The notes beneath the pieces are model-generated. The model saw only the letters and a list, made by a program, of their open reading frames with translations, searched no databases and was not told the DNA's origin. A program made the position numbers and the translations under genes. From Candidatus Limnocylindrales bacterium (GTDB taxonomy: Bacteria; Chloroflexota; Limnocylindria; Limnocylindrales; CSP1-4), in contig JBBQLI010000004.1 of assembly GCA_038327765.1 (NCBI GenBank), positions 1 to 57,435 on the forward strand: a stretch of DNA of 57,435 nt, written 5' to 3'. The first letter of the stretch is position 1. Every line of letters starts with the position of its first letter. Of the stretch, positions 38,477-49,499 are shown in pieces.

Positions 38477-38938
38477 TCAGTCCCGCTGCGAGGCCTCGAT
38501 GGCCAGGACCTTGTCGAGCCGACGCTGATGGCGCGGCTCACCGGTGAACGTGGCGCCGACGAACGCGACGGCGCACTCGACCGCCGGTTCGATTCCGATC
38601 ACCCGGGCGCCGAGGGTCAGCACGTTCATGTCGTCGTGCTCCACGCCCTGGTGAGCGGAGTACGTGTCGTGGCAGACCGCGGCGCGGATGCCCCGCATCT
38701 TGTTGGCGGCGACGCTGGCACCGACCCCCGAACCGCAGATGAGGATGCCCCGCTCCGCACGGCCCGCGACGATGGCCTCGCCGAGGCGCTGCGCGAAGTC
38801 GGGATAGTCGTCGAGGGGATCGGTGCCGTCACCGCCGAGGTCGATCAGCTCGTGCCCGAGGTTCGCGGCCGCCAGACGACCGATCAGGTCATCCTTGAGT
38901 TCGGCGCCGGCATGGTCGGCTGCAAAGGCGATGCGCAC
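38477..38938 (-). CDS. rpiB: Ribose-5-phosphate isomerase B
   Basis: [36 protein letters not shown]. Confidence 0.96.
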   Translation of the reverse strand: MRIAFAADHAGAELKDDLIGRLAAANLGHELIDLGGDGTDPLDDYPDFAQRLGEAIVAGRAERGILICGSGVGASVAANKMRGIRAAVCHDTYSAHQGVEHDDMNVLTLGARVIGIEPAVECAVAFVGATFTGEPRHQRRLDKVLAIEASQRD

Positions 38939-38966
38939 GCTCGAAGTCTACGGCGTCCGCGCAGCG

Positions 38967-39512
38967 CTACGACTGCAGGTTCACGCCGAGGCGTTCGGCG
39001 GCGACGACGAGCGCCGGGTGCGTGATCGTGAGCGGCTCGACTGGTCCGGCGAGGTTGAGTGGGCCGGCCCGGACGCTGAACAGGGTCACGTTCGTCCACG
39101 ACGCCTCGAGCGATGACCACCACGAGCACCCGCTCGCCCCTTCGTCAAAGAGGGCACGGGCCATGCCTTGGGTCGTGGTCCGATGGCGAGTCGCGACCTG
39201 CGATGGCCGCCAGCCGTGGGCCAGGAGCACGGCCGGATCATCCAGATCGACCACGGGCGGCACGGCCGAATCGTCCAGCGTGGCCAGCGCCAGCCGCCGA
39301 CCGCCGACCCGTTCCAGGTCCGCGTCGCGTAACGTCCGGCCACGGAACGCCTGGATCGCCTCGGCGATGGCGCCCTCGGGTTCGCGGGCCAGGTAGAGCG
39401 CTGCATACACGTCCGGGTTGTCGTGGCGGTTCGCGCCCTGGCGGTCGCGTGGCACGTCGAGCGGGCGTGCCAGCCGGCGAGGTGCCCACGGAAAGACGCG
39501 GAACAGCGTCAC
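38967..39512 (-). CDS. RES-domain toxin
   Basis: LFRV, RHDNP, LYLA..PEGAIAE, WWS: the R-E-S residues; GTGA-coupled to the antitoxin. Confidence 0.85.
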   Translation of the reverse strand: MTLFRVFPWAPRRLARPLDVPRDRQGANRHDNPDVYAALYLAREPEGAIAEAIQAFRGRTLRDADLERVGGRRLALATLDDSAVPPVVDLDDPAVLLAHGWRPSQVATRHRTTTQGMARALFDEGASGCSWWSSLEASWTNVTLFSVRAGPLNLAGPVEPLTITHPALVVAAERLGVNLQS

Positions 39513-39841
39513 GCGAAGGCGCCGGTCTCCTCGGCCTCGATCGCCGCGAGCACCTCCGAGACCCGGCCGTCGACGAGCAGGTCCATCGGCCGACGGTCAC
39601 CAAGATGGGCGTTGAGGCCGTACAGCCACGAGACGGCCGTCTCGCGGTGAAAGGTCTGGAGCAGGCGCGCCAGCGCGAACTCGACGGCTTCGAGCTTGCG
39701 GCGGTTGGCGGCATCGGGCGCGGCGTCGCGCAGCCAGCGGGTGACACGCGATCGATCGACACCGAGGGCGCGAGCGACTTCTGCCTGCCCGCCGAGATCC
39801 TCGACGAGCGACCGGACCCGGGCGGCGGTGGCGATGGTCAT
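39509..39841 (-). CDS. Xre/MbcA/ParS-type antitoxin (HTH + DUF2384-like)
   Basis: QAEVARALGVDRSRVTRW HTH; WL.G.NAHLGDRRPMDLL..G...EV C-terminal domain. Confidence 0.88.
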   Translation of the reverse strand: MTIATAARVRSLVEDLGGQAEVARALGVDRSRVTRWLRDAAPDAANRRKLEAVEFALARLLQTFHRETAVSWLYGLNAHLGDRRPMDLLVDGRVSEVLAAIEAEETGAFA

Positions 39842-39878
39842 GCCACGATCGTAGCGCAACGACATCCGTTGCGCGTCG

Positions 39879-42002
39879 TCAGCTGTGGCCCGGGTCCGAA
39901 CTGCTGGTCCGTCCGACGCCAGCCTCCCCGCTGCCGATCGACGGGTGCGAGCCGCCGAAGTGCCCGCCGTCGAGCGTCGGGATGCGGCCCTTCAGACCGT
40001 CACGCACGACCTTGCGGGCCACGTCCGCGACGCGGTCTGCAGTGAACCCGAACTTCTCGAAGATCGTGCCGGCCGGCGCCGAGGCACCGAAGTGGTCGAG
40101 GCCGATGATCGCGCCCTCGTCGCCCACCCAGCGATCCCAACCCAGCGTGACGCCGATCTCGACGCCGACCCGCTTGCGCACCGACGGGGGCAGCACGCTG
40201 TCGCGATAGGACTGGTCCTGGAGGTCGAACGTCTCCCAGCACGGCAGCGAGACGACGCGGGTCGGGATCCCCTCGGTTTCGAGCGTCGTCGCTGCCGCGA
40301 ACACGAGCTGGAGCTCCGAACCCGTGGCGATCAGGATCAGCGACGGTGTGCCGCCGCTCGCCTCGCGCAACACGTACCCGCCATGTCGCAGGCCCTCGCG
40401 CGCCTTCTCGGCAGTTCCCGAGAGCGTCGGCAGCTTCTGGCGGGTAAGGGCCAGCGCCACCGGCCCATCCTGCCGTTCGATGGCGAGCGCCCATGCGGCG
40501 GATGTCTCATTCGCATCGCCCGGCCGCACGAACCAGAGGTTCGGGATCGCCCGGAGCGCCGCGTAGTGCTCGACCGGCTGGTGCGTCGGCCCATCCTCGC
40601 CCAGACCCACGGAGTCGTGGGTCCAGACGTCGATCACATGCAGACCACTGAGCGCGGACAGCCGGACGGCCCCGCGCATGTAGTCGCTGAACGTGAGGAA
40701 CGTGGCGTCGTACGGGATGAACCCGCCGTGATAAGCGATGCCGTTGCTGATCGCCCCCATCGCGTGTTCGCGGACACCGAAGCGCAGGTTCCGACCCGCC
40801 TCAGCGGCTTCGAAGTTCGACGCGCCCTTGACGTCGGTCAGGTTCGATTCGGACAGGTCCGCGGCTCCACCGAACAGCTCGGGCACGCGCCCGGCGAGCG
40901 CCTGGATCGCGTCCTGGCTGGCGTTGCGGGTCGCCACCTCGGAGCCGACCTCGTAGACCTTCAGGTCGGCATCCCAGCCATCGGCGAGCCGCCGATCGAG
41001 CCGGCGCCGGAACTCCGCCGCGAGGTCGGGGTAGGCCGCTCCATATGCGGCGAATTTCGTCTCCCACGCCGAGACCAGTGCCTCGCCCGCCGGGATCGCG
41101 GCACGGAAGTTGGCCAGCGCGTCCTCAGGCTCGAAGAAGGTCTTGTCCGGATCCCAGCCGTAGGCCTCCTTGGTGAGGCGGACTTCCTCGACGCCGAGCG
41201 GCGAGCCGTGCGCCTTCTGCGAATCGTGCTTGTTCGGGCTGCCGAACCCGATGTGGGTCCGGACGGCGATGAGGCTCGGCCGTTCGTCGGCGCGGGCATC
41301 TTCGATCGCTGCGGCGATGGCCGCGACATCGTTGCCGTCGTCGACGCGGCGCGCATCCCACTGATAGGCCGTGAATCGCGCGACCACGTCCTCGGACCAG
41401 GCCATCGCGGTCGGCCCATCCAGCTGGATGTGGTTGTCGTCGTAGAGGACGACCAGCTTGCCGAGGTGCTGATGGCCCGCGAAGCTGGCCGCCTCGGACG
41501 CGATGCCCTCCTGGAGGTCACCGTCCGATGCGATCACATAGGTCCAGTGATCGACGATCTCGTGGCCGTCACGGTTGAACTCCGCCGCAAGCCTGCGCTC
41601 CGCGACTGCCATCCCGATCGCGTTGCTGATGCCCTGGCCCAGCGGGCCGGTGGTCGCCTCGACCCCCGAGGTCAGTCCGTATTCCGGGTGACCCGGCGTC
41701 CGGCTGCCCCACTGGCGGAACGACTTGAGGTCGTCGAGCGTGACGTCGTAGCCGGTGAGGTGGAGGAGCGAGTAGAGCAGCATGCTGGCGTGCCCGGCAC
41801 TCAGGACGAACCGGTCGCGATCGGGCCACTCCGGGTGGGTGGGCGCGTGGCGCAAGAAGCGCGTCCAGAGCGTGTAGGCCATCGCGGCGGCCCCCATCGG
41901 TGCGCCCGGATGTCCGGAATTCGCCTGCTGGACCCCATCGATCGAGAGGGTCCGGATGGTGTCGATGGAGAGCAGGTCGAGGTCGGGTTTCGGGGCGGTC
42001 AT
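39879..42002 (-). CDS. tkt: Transketolase
   Basis: [57 protein letters not shown]. Confidence 0.98.
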   Translation of the reverse strand: MTAPKPDLDLLSIDTIRTLSIDGVQQANSGHPGAPMGAAAMAYTLWTRFLRHAPTHPEWPDRDRFVLSAGHASMLLYSLLHLTGYDVTLDDLKSFRQWGSRTPGHPEYGLTSGVEATTGPLGQGISNAIGMAVAERRLAAEFNRDGHEIVDHWTYVIASDGDLQEGIASEAASFAGHQHLGKLVVLYDDNHIQLDGPTAMAWSEDVVARFTAYQWDARRVDDGNDVAAIAAAIEDARADERPSLIAVRTHIGFGSPNKHDSQKAHGSPLGVEEVRLTKEAYGWDPDKTFFEPEDALANFRAAIPAGEALVSAWETKFAAYGAAYPDLAAEFRRRLDRRLADGWDADLKVYEVGSEVATRNASQDAIQALAGRVPELFGGAADLSESNLTDVKGASNFEAAEAGRNLRFGVREHAMGAISNGIAYHGGFIPYDATFLTFSDYMRGAVRLSALSGLHVIDVWTHDSVGLGEDGPTHQPVEHYAALRAIPNLWFVRPGDANETSAAWALAIERQDGPVALALTRQKLPTLSGTAEKAREGLRHGGYVLREASGGTPSLILIATGSELQLVFAAATTLETEGIPTRVVSLPCWETFDLQDQSYRDSVLPPSVRKRVGVEIGVTLGWDRWVGDEGAIIGLDHFGASAPAGTIFEKFGFTADRVADVARKVVRDGLKGRIPTLDGGHFGGSHPSIGSGEAGVGRTSSSDPGHS

Positions 42003-42101
42003 CGGGCGACTCCGGGTCGACGGTTCGGTGGGTGGTTCGATGGGAGTTCGATGGCGATGTGTGGGCGGCCATTGTAGGTCGGTGACCGCTACCATCGACC
42101 G

Positions 42102-43097
42102 ATGCCGCTCCTCCGACCGCCCAGGCCGCATCGCCCGTCGCGTCCGCGTCGACCGGGTGCAGCGCATGGCGTCGCAGGTCCGGCGCGGATCGTGGTCCTT
42201 GGCGACCTGGTGCTGGACGTGGTGCTGGCACCGGCCGTGCCTTTGGATATCGGCACGGATGTGCCGGGGCGCGTGCGGCTCCTGCAAGGTGGTTCCGCGG
42301 CCACCACGGCGCGCTGGGTCGGGCGTCTTGGTGCACGGGCGAGCCTGGTCTGCGCCGTTGGTCGGGATGGTGCGGGTCGCGCGCTCGTGGATGCGGTCCG
42401 GTCGGACAAGGTAGTCGTCCGCGTGGTTCGCGTGGCGGGCGTGGCTACCGGGCGGATCGGGGTGCTGGTGGCGGCCGACGGGGAGCGGTCGTTCGTGGCG
42501 GACCGGGGCGCTGCGGACCGCCTGACACCGGACGATCTCGAGGCGTCGTGGTTCGCCGGTTCGGAGGTGCTGCATCTGCCGGCGTACTCGCTGCTTGGGG
42601 AGCCGCTCGGACGCGCCGGGATGCGGGCCGTGCAGCTGGCACGAGGCGCGGGGGCGCTGGTCAGCGTTGATCTGGCATCGACCGGGCCGTTGCTGGCGGA
42701 CGGCCGGCGCGCAGCACTCGCGCTCATCCGCGCCGTGGCGCCGGACCTGCTCTTCGCGACGCAATCGGAGAGCGAGGCACTGCTGGGTCGGTCGGCGGTC
42801 GAGGGGCTGCTGGACCTGGCGCCAGCGGCCGTCGTCAAGCGCGGCGCGAAGGGCGCCACGGTCCTGGCGCGCGATGGCGATACGCGGCTCAGGTTCGAGG
42901 TGGCCACGCAGCACCTGACCGTGACGGACACGACCGGGGCAGGGGATGCGTTCGATGCGGGGTTCCTGGTGGGCTGGATCGCGGCCCGGCACGCTGGTTC
43001 GTCGCTGCCGGCTTCTCTCCAGCGCGCGGCCGTGGCTGGCCATCGAGCTGCCACACGCCAACTCGGTTCGGCTCGGCCAGAACTCTCGCTGGGCTAG
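42102..43097 (+). CDS. PfkB-family carbohydrate kinase (possible pseudouridine kinase)
   Basis: [37 protein letters not shown]. Confidence 0.9.
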   Translation: MPLLRPPRPHRPSRPRRPGAAHGVAGPARIVVLGDLVLDVVLAPAVPLDIGTDVPGRVRLLQGGSAATTARWVGRLGARASLVCAVGRDGAGRALVDAVRSDKVVVRVVRVAGVATGRIGVLVAADGERSFVADRGAADRLTPDDLEASWFAGSEVLHLPAYSLLGEPLGRAGMRAVQLARGAGALVSVDLASTGPLLADGRRAALALIRAVAPDLLFATQSESEALLGRSAVEGLLDLAPAAVVKRGAKGATVLARDGDTRLRFEVATQHLTVTDTTGAGDAFDAGFLVGWIAARHAGSSLPASLQRAAVAGHRAATRQLGSARPELSLG

Positions 43098-45187
43098 CCC
43101 TTCAGGTAGCGATCGAACCAGTCGAGCATGCGGTTCTGACGATCGACCCGGCGGTCCGGCCGGCCCGACGACGAATACACGTGGTACTCCTCCGGGTAGA
43201 GGACATATTCGACCGTCCGACCAAGCAGTTTCAGCGCGATGAAGAACTGCTCGTTGTCGTGCGGTGGACAGCGCAGGTCTGCCTCGGCCTGGAACATGAG
43301 CAGGGGCGTGTGGACGTCGGCGACATGCGCGAGCGGTGACTGCCGCCACAGCTTGTCGACGCCTTCGGGGGTGGTGGGATCGCCCATCTTCGCCGCCCGA
43401 ACGTAGTCCGGCCCCGAGTCAGAGTTGGCGAAGTCCGAGACCTGGTTCGTGACGCCGTTCTCTGAGATGGCCGCCTTGAACCGGTCCGTGGTGCCCACCA
43501 GCCAGTTGACCATGAACCCGCCATAGCTCAGACCCATGACACCCAGCCGATCCGGGTCGGCGAGACCCAGCGCGATGATGTGATCGATCGCGGCGTGGAC
43601 ATCGGCCGCGTCCGTCCCGCCCCAGTCGCCGAGCTGCGGCTCGATCCAGGCACCGCCATACGAGGCGGACCCGCGGATATTCGGCAGGATCACGCGATAG
43701 CCGCGAGCCACCAGCAACGCCACTTCCACGTGCGGTGCCGCTGCCCACGCACCCAGTGGCCCGCCATGGACATCCACGATGGTGGGGAGCCGACCATCGC
43801 CAGCTCCGGGCGGCGACGCGATCCACGTCTCGATCGAACCGCCGGGTCCCGGGAGCTCGATCGCGCGCATCTCGGGCATGACCAGCCCGCGCTGCCAGGT
43901 GGACCCGATCGTCGTCCGCGTTCGAACGCGCGCGTCGTCGCCATCGATCGTGGCGAGCTCCATCGCCCGAACGCCCTCGGTGCCCAGCCATGAGACGCGA
44001 CCCGTCGCGGAGACTGCGAGCGAATGGGTGGTGCGATCGCCATCGATCATCCGCCAGCCGCCGGTCGGCCGACCGGTCGCCGGATCGAACCCGAAGACCC
44101 ACGGGTGCGAACGACCACGATCCGTCACGACCGCCACGACCTTGTCGTCGGCAAGCCATGCGGGGCCCGGCCGGCTGTCGACCATCCAGCCGTTGAGGTC
44201 CGTGTCGGACCAGTTCCCGACCGGCCGATCGAGGTCCGGGGCGAGCGCGATGGCCGGCGTGGAGCCATCCGCCGGACCGATCACGATGCCCGGACTGACG
44301 TTGTCGAACGGGTCTGCCTCCATGATCCCGATCGCCGCGATCCACCGGCCATCCGGCGACGGGCTGGGGTGGTTGGCGTAGCCGGCCGGCGCGAGGACCT
44401 CGCGTGGTCCTGAGGTCGAACCGGCCCCACCGCCATCCACGTCCACGGCCCAGATCGTGGTGCGCGGATGGAGGTCCGGCTCCAGGCCACGGTCGGTGGT
44501 GAACAGCACGGTCCGGCCATCCGGCGACCACGCGATCTGACCGACACCCCAGTCGCCGGCCGTCACCTGGCGTGGTATGGCACCCAGCCGCGCTTCGACG
44601 ACGAACAGATGGGACCAGCGATCGCTGTGACCGCTGCCATCCCAGCGCCAATCGATGCGGGTGATGTGGCGAGCGAGCGGGGCTTCCTCGGTCACGCCCT
44701 TGCGCGGTTTCGTGCCGATCGGCGGTACCGGGCCGACGAGGAAGCGCGGCGGATCGACCTCGGCAGTGAAGGCGATACGCGTGCCGTCGGGCGACCAGGC
44801 GACCTCGCCGATCCCGCCGTGCTTGCCGCGCTTGAGGCGCCGGACCGTGCCGCCGGCGCTCGGGACGAGGCCGATGACATCGGGCGCATCGGAGTCGGCG
44901 GGGAGGCGCCGGATGAAGGCGACGGTGCGGCCGTCCGGGGAGAGCCGGGGCCAGCCATCGCGGACGAGGCCTGTCGTGATCGCGCGGGTCCTGGTGGCTT
45001 CTGTGGTGCCGCGGGCGGTGGCAAGTGCGCCGTCAAGCGGGACTGCCCACAGGTGCGACAGATAGCGGTTCTTGCGAACGGATCGCCGGGCGACCACCGC
45101 GATCCGGCCGTCGCGGGAGAGGTCGTGCTCCTCGACCACGATCTGGCGGAGGATGTCCTCGGGGACGAACGGGCGAAGGGGTGGCAT
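43094..45187 (-). CDS. S9 family peptidase (acylaminoacyl peptidase-like)
   Basis: WSPDG propeller repeats; HGGP, GLSYGG nucleophile, DLRC, YPEEYH. Confidence 0.93.
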   Translation of the reverse strand: MPPLRPFVPEDILRQIVVEEHDLSRDGRIAVVARRSVRKNRYLSHLWAVPLDGALATARGTTEATRTRAITTGLVRDGWPRLSPDGRTVAFIRRLPADSDAPDVIGLVPSAGGTVRRLKRGKHGGIGEVAWSPDGTRIAFTAEVDPPRFLVGPVPPIGTKPRKGVTEEAPLARHITRIDWRWDGSGHSDRWSHLFVVEARLGAIPRQVTAGDWGVGQIAWSPDGRTVLFTTDRGLEPDLHPRTTIWAVDVDGGGAGSTSGPREVLAPAGYANHPSPSPDGRWIAAIGIMEADPFDNVSPGIVIGPADGSTPAIALAPDLDRPVGNWSDTDLNGWMVDSRPGPAWLADDKVVAVVTDRGRSHPWVFGFDPATGRPTGGWRMIDGDRTTHSLAVSATGRVSWLGTEGVRAMELATIDGDDARVRTRTTIGSTWQRGLVMPEMRAIELPGPGGSIETWIASPPGAGDGRLPTIVDVHGGPLGAWAAAPHVEVALLVARGYRVILPNIRGSASYGGAWIEPQLGDWGGTDAADVHAAIDHIIALGLADPDRLGVMGLSYGGFMVNWLVGTTDRFKAAISENGVTNQVSDFANSDSGPDYVRAAKMGDPTTPEGVDKLWRQSPLAHVADVHTPLLMFQAEADLRCPPHDNEQFFIALKLLGRTVEYVLYPEEYHVYSSSGRPDRRVDRQNRMLDWFDRYLKG

Positions 45188-45280
45188 CGGCGACAGGGTA
45201 GCCCTCGGCGACCGTCCAAACCGACTCGTCGCGCGGCCGGACCGCGCCACGGGACGACCGGCACCGGTAGGCTTGCCTGG

Positions 45281-46213
45281 ATGCTGACCGACTATCTCAC
45301 CGTCGCGCCCGAGGTCGCCGAGGCGATCGCCGCGGGCCGCCCCGTCGTCGCCCTCGAATCGACGCTCATCAGCCACGGGTTGCCGTATCCGCAGAACCTC
45401 GAGGTCGCGAACGCCTCCGAGGCAGCGGTCCGCGCGTCCGGCGCGGTGCCGGCCACGGTCGCGGTCCACGGCGGCCGGCTGCTCGTCGGCCTGGACGCGG
45501 CGGCGCTCGAGGCACTGGCCACGGCCCCCGCGGGTTCCGTGCACAAGGCCGCCCGGCCTTCACTCGGTGCCGCGATCGCTGCCGGCGGCTGGGCTGCGAC
45601 CACCGTCTCGGCCACGATGATCGCCGCGCATGCAGCTGGGATCGTGGTCTTCGCAACGGGCGGTATCGGTGGCGTGCATCGCGGGGCGCTCGGTGGCGCG
45701 TCGCCCACGTTCGATATCTCATCCGACCTCGAGGAGCTCGGCCGGACCGCGATGGCCGTCGTGTGCGCCGGGCCAAAGGCGATCCTCGACGTCCCGGCGA
45801 CGCTGGAATACCTCGAGACACGGGGCGTGCCGGTCGTCGCGGTCGGCCAGGAGGACCTCCCCGGGTTCTATGCCAGGTCATCGGGCATCAAGGCGCCGTC
45901 GTCCGTGCCGGATATCGATGCTGCGGCTGCGCTCGTCCGGGCGCATCTCGGTCTTGGGCTCGGTGGCGGCATCCTGGTCTGCGTGCCCGTGCCCGAAGGC
46001 GAGGCACTCTCCGAGTACGTGGTTCGCGCCGCCATCGAACGCGCGATCACCGAAGCCGCCGCGGCTGGCATCGGTGGCCCGGTGCTCACGCCCTGGCTCC
46101 TGGCACGGGTGGGCGCGATTACCGCGGGTGCCTCGGTCCGGGCGAACACCGCCCTCATCGTCAATGACGCCGGCGTCGCCGGGGAGCTGGCCGTTCGCCT
46201 CGCCACTCCCTGA
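45281..46213 (+). CDS. psuG: Pseudouridine-5'-phosphate glycosidase
   Basis: PVVALESTLISHGLPYP, ATTVSATM, FATGGIGGVHRG, DISSDL, TLEYLET.GVPV, TPWLL. Confidence 0.95.
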   Translation: MLTDYLTVAPEVAEAIAAGRPVVALESTLISHGLPYPQNLEVANASEAAVRASGAVPATVAVHGGRLLVGLDAAALEALATAPAGSVHKAARPSLGAAIAAGGWAATTVSATMIAAHAAGIVVFATGGIGGVHRGALGGASPTFDISSDLEELGRTAMAVVCAGPKAILDVPATLEYLETRGVPVVAVGQEDLPGFYARSSGIKAPSSVPDIDAAAALVRAHLGLGLGGGILVCVPVPEGEALSEYVVRAAIERAITEAAAAGIGGPVLTPWLLARVGAITAGASVRANTALIVNDAGVAGELAVRLATP

Positions 46214-46231
46214 CGCCGTCGGGGGCGGTCC

Positions 46232-46400
46232 GTGACTCAGAGTCACCAGATCTGGCCCAGGAAGGGTGCGAAGGGCTGCTCGGCCTCCCTTCGGAGATGG
46301 TCGGTGACTCAGGGTCACCACATATGGCACCAGGGAAGGAGCCGGGGCTGGGCTTCGCCTCTTCGGCGGTGATCTGGTGACTCCCAGTCATCAGATCGGA
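46232..46400. repeat. Degenerate 72-73-bp tandem repeat, each unit starting with palindrome GTGAC-N5-GTCA(C/T)
   Basis: Palindromes start at 46232, 46304 and 46377. Short GGAAACGCGCCA and CCGAACCGCC units follow to about 46480. Confidence 0.75.
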
Positions 46401-46554
46401 AACGCGCCAGGAAACGCGCCAGGAAACGCGCCCGGAACCGCCGCCCGCCGCCGAACCGCCGCCCGCGGCCGAACCGCCTCGTCGCCCGTTTCGGCCTCGC
46501 AACCTTCGGTGGTATCCTCCGGTTCCTTCCACCGAACGCTCCCCGGGGACCCGT

Positions 46555-47610
46555 ATGCCCACCTCCCCCGGACCGCTCGCTATCGAAGCGCGCGCCGTCC
46601 GCCGTGTCTACAACATCAAGCCTGCACCCGTCGTCGCCCTTGATGGCATCGACCTTGAGGTCGCGCCCGGCGAGTTCTTCGGCCTGCTCGGACCCAATGG
46701 CGCGGGCAAGACCACGCTCATCAAGATCCTGACGACGCTGCTGCTCCCCACCTCGGGGACCGCGAAGATCTTCGGCTTCGACGTGGCTGACGACGTCAAG
46801 CGCATCCGCCGGATCATGAACATGGTCGCGGGCGGCGAGCAGTCGGGCTACGGGATCCTCACGGTCCGCGAGCAGCTCTGGATGTTCAGCCAGTTCTACG
46901 GTCTGCCGCGCAAGGACGGCTGGCGCCGGGTCGACGAACTGATCGAGGCCGTCGGTTTCACGGAGCAAGCAGCACAGCGGGTCAGCACGCTCTCCACCGG
47001 CCAGCGCCAGAAGATGAACTTCGTGCGCGGGCTGCTCAACGATCCGTGGATCCTCTTCCTCGACGAACCCACCCTCGGCCTGGACGTTGCCGCGGCCCGT
47101 TCCGTCCGTCAGCTGGTCGTGGACTGGAAGGCGGCCGTGCCGGGTCGCACGGTCCTGCTGACCACGCACTACATGGCCGAGGCCGACGAACTGTGCGACC
47201 GCATCGCCATCGTCGATCACGGCCGGATCCTGGCCATCGGCTCGCCAGACGAACTCAAGCGGCGCGTGCAGCGCGAATCGATCTTCCGCCTGGAACTCGA
47301 TCGGCTCGATGGCGGCATCGCGGCCCTTGCCCGGCTCCCTGGCGTGGTGTCGGCCGCGCCGGCCGCCGATGCCGAGTCCGACGACGACCGCCAGACCGTG
47401 GCACTCAACCTGGTCCTCGAGGAGGACGGGGCGCTGGGCGGGGTCGTCGGTGCGCTCGGCGGCCTGGGCAGCCACATCCTGGCGCTGCGCAAGTCGGAAC
47501 CGTCGCTCGAGGACGTCTTCGTCGAGCTCGTCGGTCGCGGCTTCGATGACGTCGACGGACCCGGCCCTGGCACGCCCGACCCGGTCCGCGTCGAAGGCGA
47601 GCACGACTGA
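46555..47610 (+). CDS. ABC-2 type exporter ATP-binding protein
   Basis: GPNGAGKTT, LSTGQRQK, FLDEPTLGLD, LTTHYMAEA, PSLEDVF. Confidence 0.95.
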   Translation: MPTSPGPLAIEARAVRRVYNIKPAPVVALDGIDLEVAPGEFFGLLGPNGAGKTTLIKILTTLLLPTSGTAKIFGFDVADDVKRIRRIMNMVAGGEQSGYGILTVREQLWMFSQFYGLPRKDGWRRVDELIEAVGFTEQAAQRVSTLSTGQRQKMNFVRGLLNDPWILFLDEPTLGLDVAAARSVRQLVVDWKAAVPGRTVLLTTHYMAEADELCDRIAIVDHGRILAIGSPDELKRRVQRESIFRLELDRLDGGIAALARLPGVVSAAPAADAESDDDRQTVALNLVLEEDGALGGVVGALGGLGSHILALRKSEPSLEDVFVELVGRGFDDVDGPGPGTPDPVRVEGEHD

Positions 47611-47611
47611 G

Positions 47612-48490
47612 GTGTCGGCTTTCGTCTACCGGCCCACCGCCAGTCCCCAGGACGCCGCTGCCTGGACTCGCCGCCAGGCGTTCCTGACCGATCTCCGCGC
47701 CGTGGGCGGACGCGCCTACCCGCGCGTCACCGGCATGCTCCGCGAGAAGTCATGGGTCTTCTTCGAGGTCCTGCTGCCGTTCCTGTCGACGTCGGCCTTC
47801 GTGTTCGTCTATCGGGCGCTGGCGGCGCCTGCCGAGTACATCGGGTTCGTGGTCCTGGGCGGCGCCATGACCGCGTTCTGGATCAACGTGATCTGGATGA
47901 TGGCCAATCAGCTCTACTGGGAGCGCAGTCAGGGCAACCTCGAGCTGTATTTCGCGGCCCCGATCGACATCATGGCCATCCTGTTCGGGATGGCGCTCGG
48001 GGGCATGGTCATGAGCACGACTCGTGCCGTGGCGATCCTGGTGGTGGCCACGTTCGTCTTCGGGGTCACCTTCCAGATCACCCAGTGGGCTCTGCTCATC
48101 GCGATCTTCCTGCTGACCCTCGCCGCGCTCTACGGCCTGGGCATGGTGCTGGCCAGCCTGTTCCTGGTCTGGGGTCGCGAGGCGTTCCAGCTGACCCAGC
48201 TCTTCACGGAGCCGATCTACTTCGTCTCCGGGCTGAACTTCCCGGTCGGCCGGCTCGGCTTGATCGGTGCGCTCGCGATCGCAACGCTGCCGCTGGCCGT
48301 GGGTCTGGATGCGATGCGCCAGCTCGCTTTCTCGAACGCCGACATCCCGTTCCAGACCCCACCGCCCGCCATCGAGGCACTGATCCTGGTGGTCATGACG
48401 GTCGTCTTCCTGTTGCTTGCCCGCTGGATGCTGCGACGCATGGAGGAGCTCGCCCGGCGCGAGGGCCGGCTTTCCTTGCGATGGCAGTGA
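47612..48490 (+). CDS. ABC-2 permease
   Basis: Six TM; WERSQGNLE, SGLNFPV, PL..GLDAMR. Confidence 0.88.
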   Translation: MSAFVYRPTASPQDAAAWTRRQAFLTDLRAVGGRAYPRVTGMLREKSWVFFEVLLPFLSTSAFVFVYRALAAPAEYIGFVVLGGAMTAFWINVIWMMANQLYWERSQGNLELYFAAPIDIMAILFGMALGGMVMSTTRAVAILVVATFVFGVTFQITQWALLIAIFLLTLAALYGLGMVLASLFLVWGREAFQLTQLFTEPIYFVSGLNFPVGRLGLIGALAIATLPLAVGLDAMRQLAFSNADIPFQTPPPAIEALILVVMTVVFLLLARWMLRRMEELARREGRLSLRWQ

Positions 48491-49482
48491 CCGCCGCCGG
48501 GCCATCGGCGGCGCCAGACCCGGTCAGCCCGGACCCGGTCAGCCCGGAGGGTCTCGGTTCACCGGCCTGGGGCGGCTTCGACCATCGCCGGACCCGTGAT
48601 CCCGGCCCCGTCGCCGCGTGGCGGGGGTTCCGGACGGCCGTCTCGCTCGGCTGGCAGATGGAGGCGAACTGGACCGACCCGCTGCTGTTCTTCATCTATT
48701 CGGTGGCCAAGCCGGTCTCCGCCGCGCTGATCCTCGTGGTGATGCTCGAGATCATCAGTGGCGGCGGGAACCCGGGCTATCTCGCGTTCGTGGTGGTCGG
48801 GACAGCGCTCTGGGCGTATGTCTACTCGGGGATCGCCGGCGTCGCATGGTCGATCCTCGACGACCGCGAGCGCTACCGGATGCTCAAGTACATCTACGTG
48901 AGTCCGAACGACTTCCTGACCTTCCTGCTCGGTCGGGGTGTCGCCCGTGTCGCGGTCGGCGCGATGGGCACGATCATCACGCTCGGTGTCGGCGTCGTGG
49001 CGCTTGGCGTCCGGTTCGATGCGGGGGCGGTCGACTGGCCACTGCTTGTCCTGGTCATGATCCTTGGCACGGTCGCGATCGTTGCCGTTGGTGTCCTGAT
49101 CGGCGCCGTGTGTCTCCAGACGCGGCAGGAATCGTGGTCCTATCCGGACGCGGTCGCCGGCGCCCTCTTCCTGATCAGTGGGGTCGTCTTCCCGTTGTCC
49201 GTCCTGCCCTCGCCGCTCCAGGCGATCGGGATGCTCACCCCGCTGACCTGGTGGCTCGAAGGAATCCGCCACGCGGTCTTCCCGGCCGGCGCATCAGGGG
49301 TCGGCGGCGCCGGCAGCCTATGGACGTCCTGGGTGGGTTCGGTTTCTCCTGACACCACCACGATCGTCGTCGCCTTGCTCGCGACCGGAGGGCTCGTTAC
49401 ACTCGCGGCCACCGGTATCTTCCGACTGAGCGAGCGTCGCGCAAAGGATCGCGGGCTGCTGGACCGGACGACCGGCTCCTGA
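48487..49482 (+). CDS. ABC-2 permease
   Basis: DDRERYRMLKY, SGVVFPLSVLP, PLTWWLEGIR; GTGA overlap (alternative ATG at 48481). Confidence 0.88.
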   Translation: MTAAGPSAAPDPVSPDPVSPEGLGSPAWGGFDHRRTRDPGPVAAWRGFRTAVSLGWQMEANWTDPLLFFIYSVAKPVSAALILVVMLEIISGGGNPGYLAFVVVGTALWAYVYSGIAGVAWSILDDRERYRMLKYIYVSPNDFLTFLLGRGVARVAVGAMGTIITLGVGVVALGVRFDAGAVDWPLLVLVMILGTVAIVAVGVLIGAVCLQTRQESWSYPDAVAGALFLISGVVFPLSVLPSPLQAIGMLTPLTWWLEGIRHAVFPAGASGVGGAGSLWTSWVGSVSPDTTTIVVALLATGGLVTLAATGIFRLSERRAKDRGLLDRTTGS

Positions 49483-49499
49483 CCGGAGGCTCGACCCGC

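Noticed and set aside
39879-43349. N-terminal extensions in the ORF track (tkt 1156 aa, methyltransferase 874 aa, psuG 581 aa, phrB 612 aa)
   Set aside because: The extensions overlap other real genes; family-like sequence and promoter/RBS signals begin at the downstream starts used here.
46232-46400. CRISPR-like regularly spaced palindromes
   Set aside because: Only three degenerate copies, the intervening sequences resemble each other, and no cas genes are present; better described as a tandem repeat.
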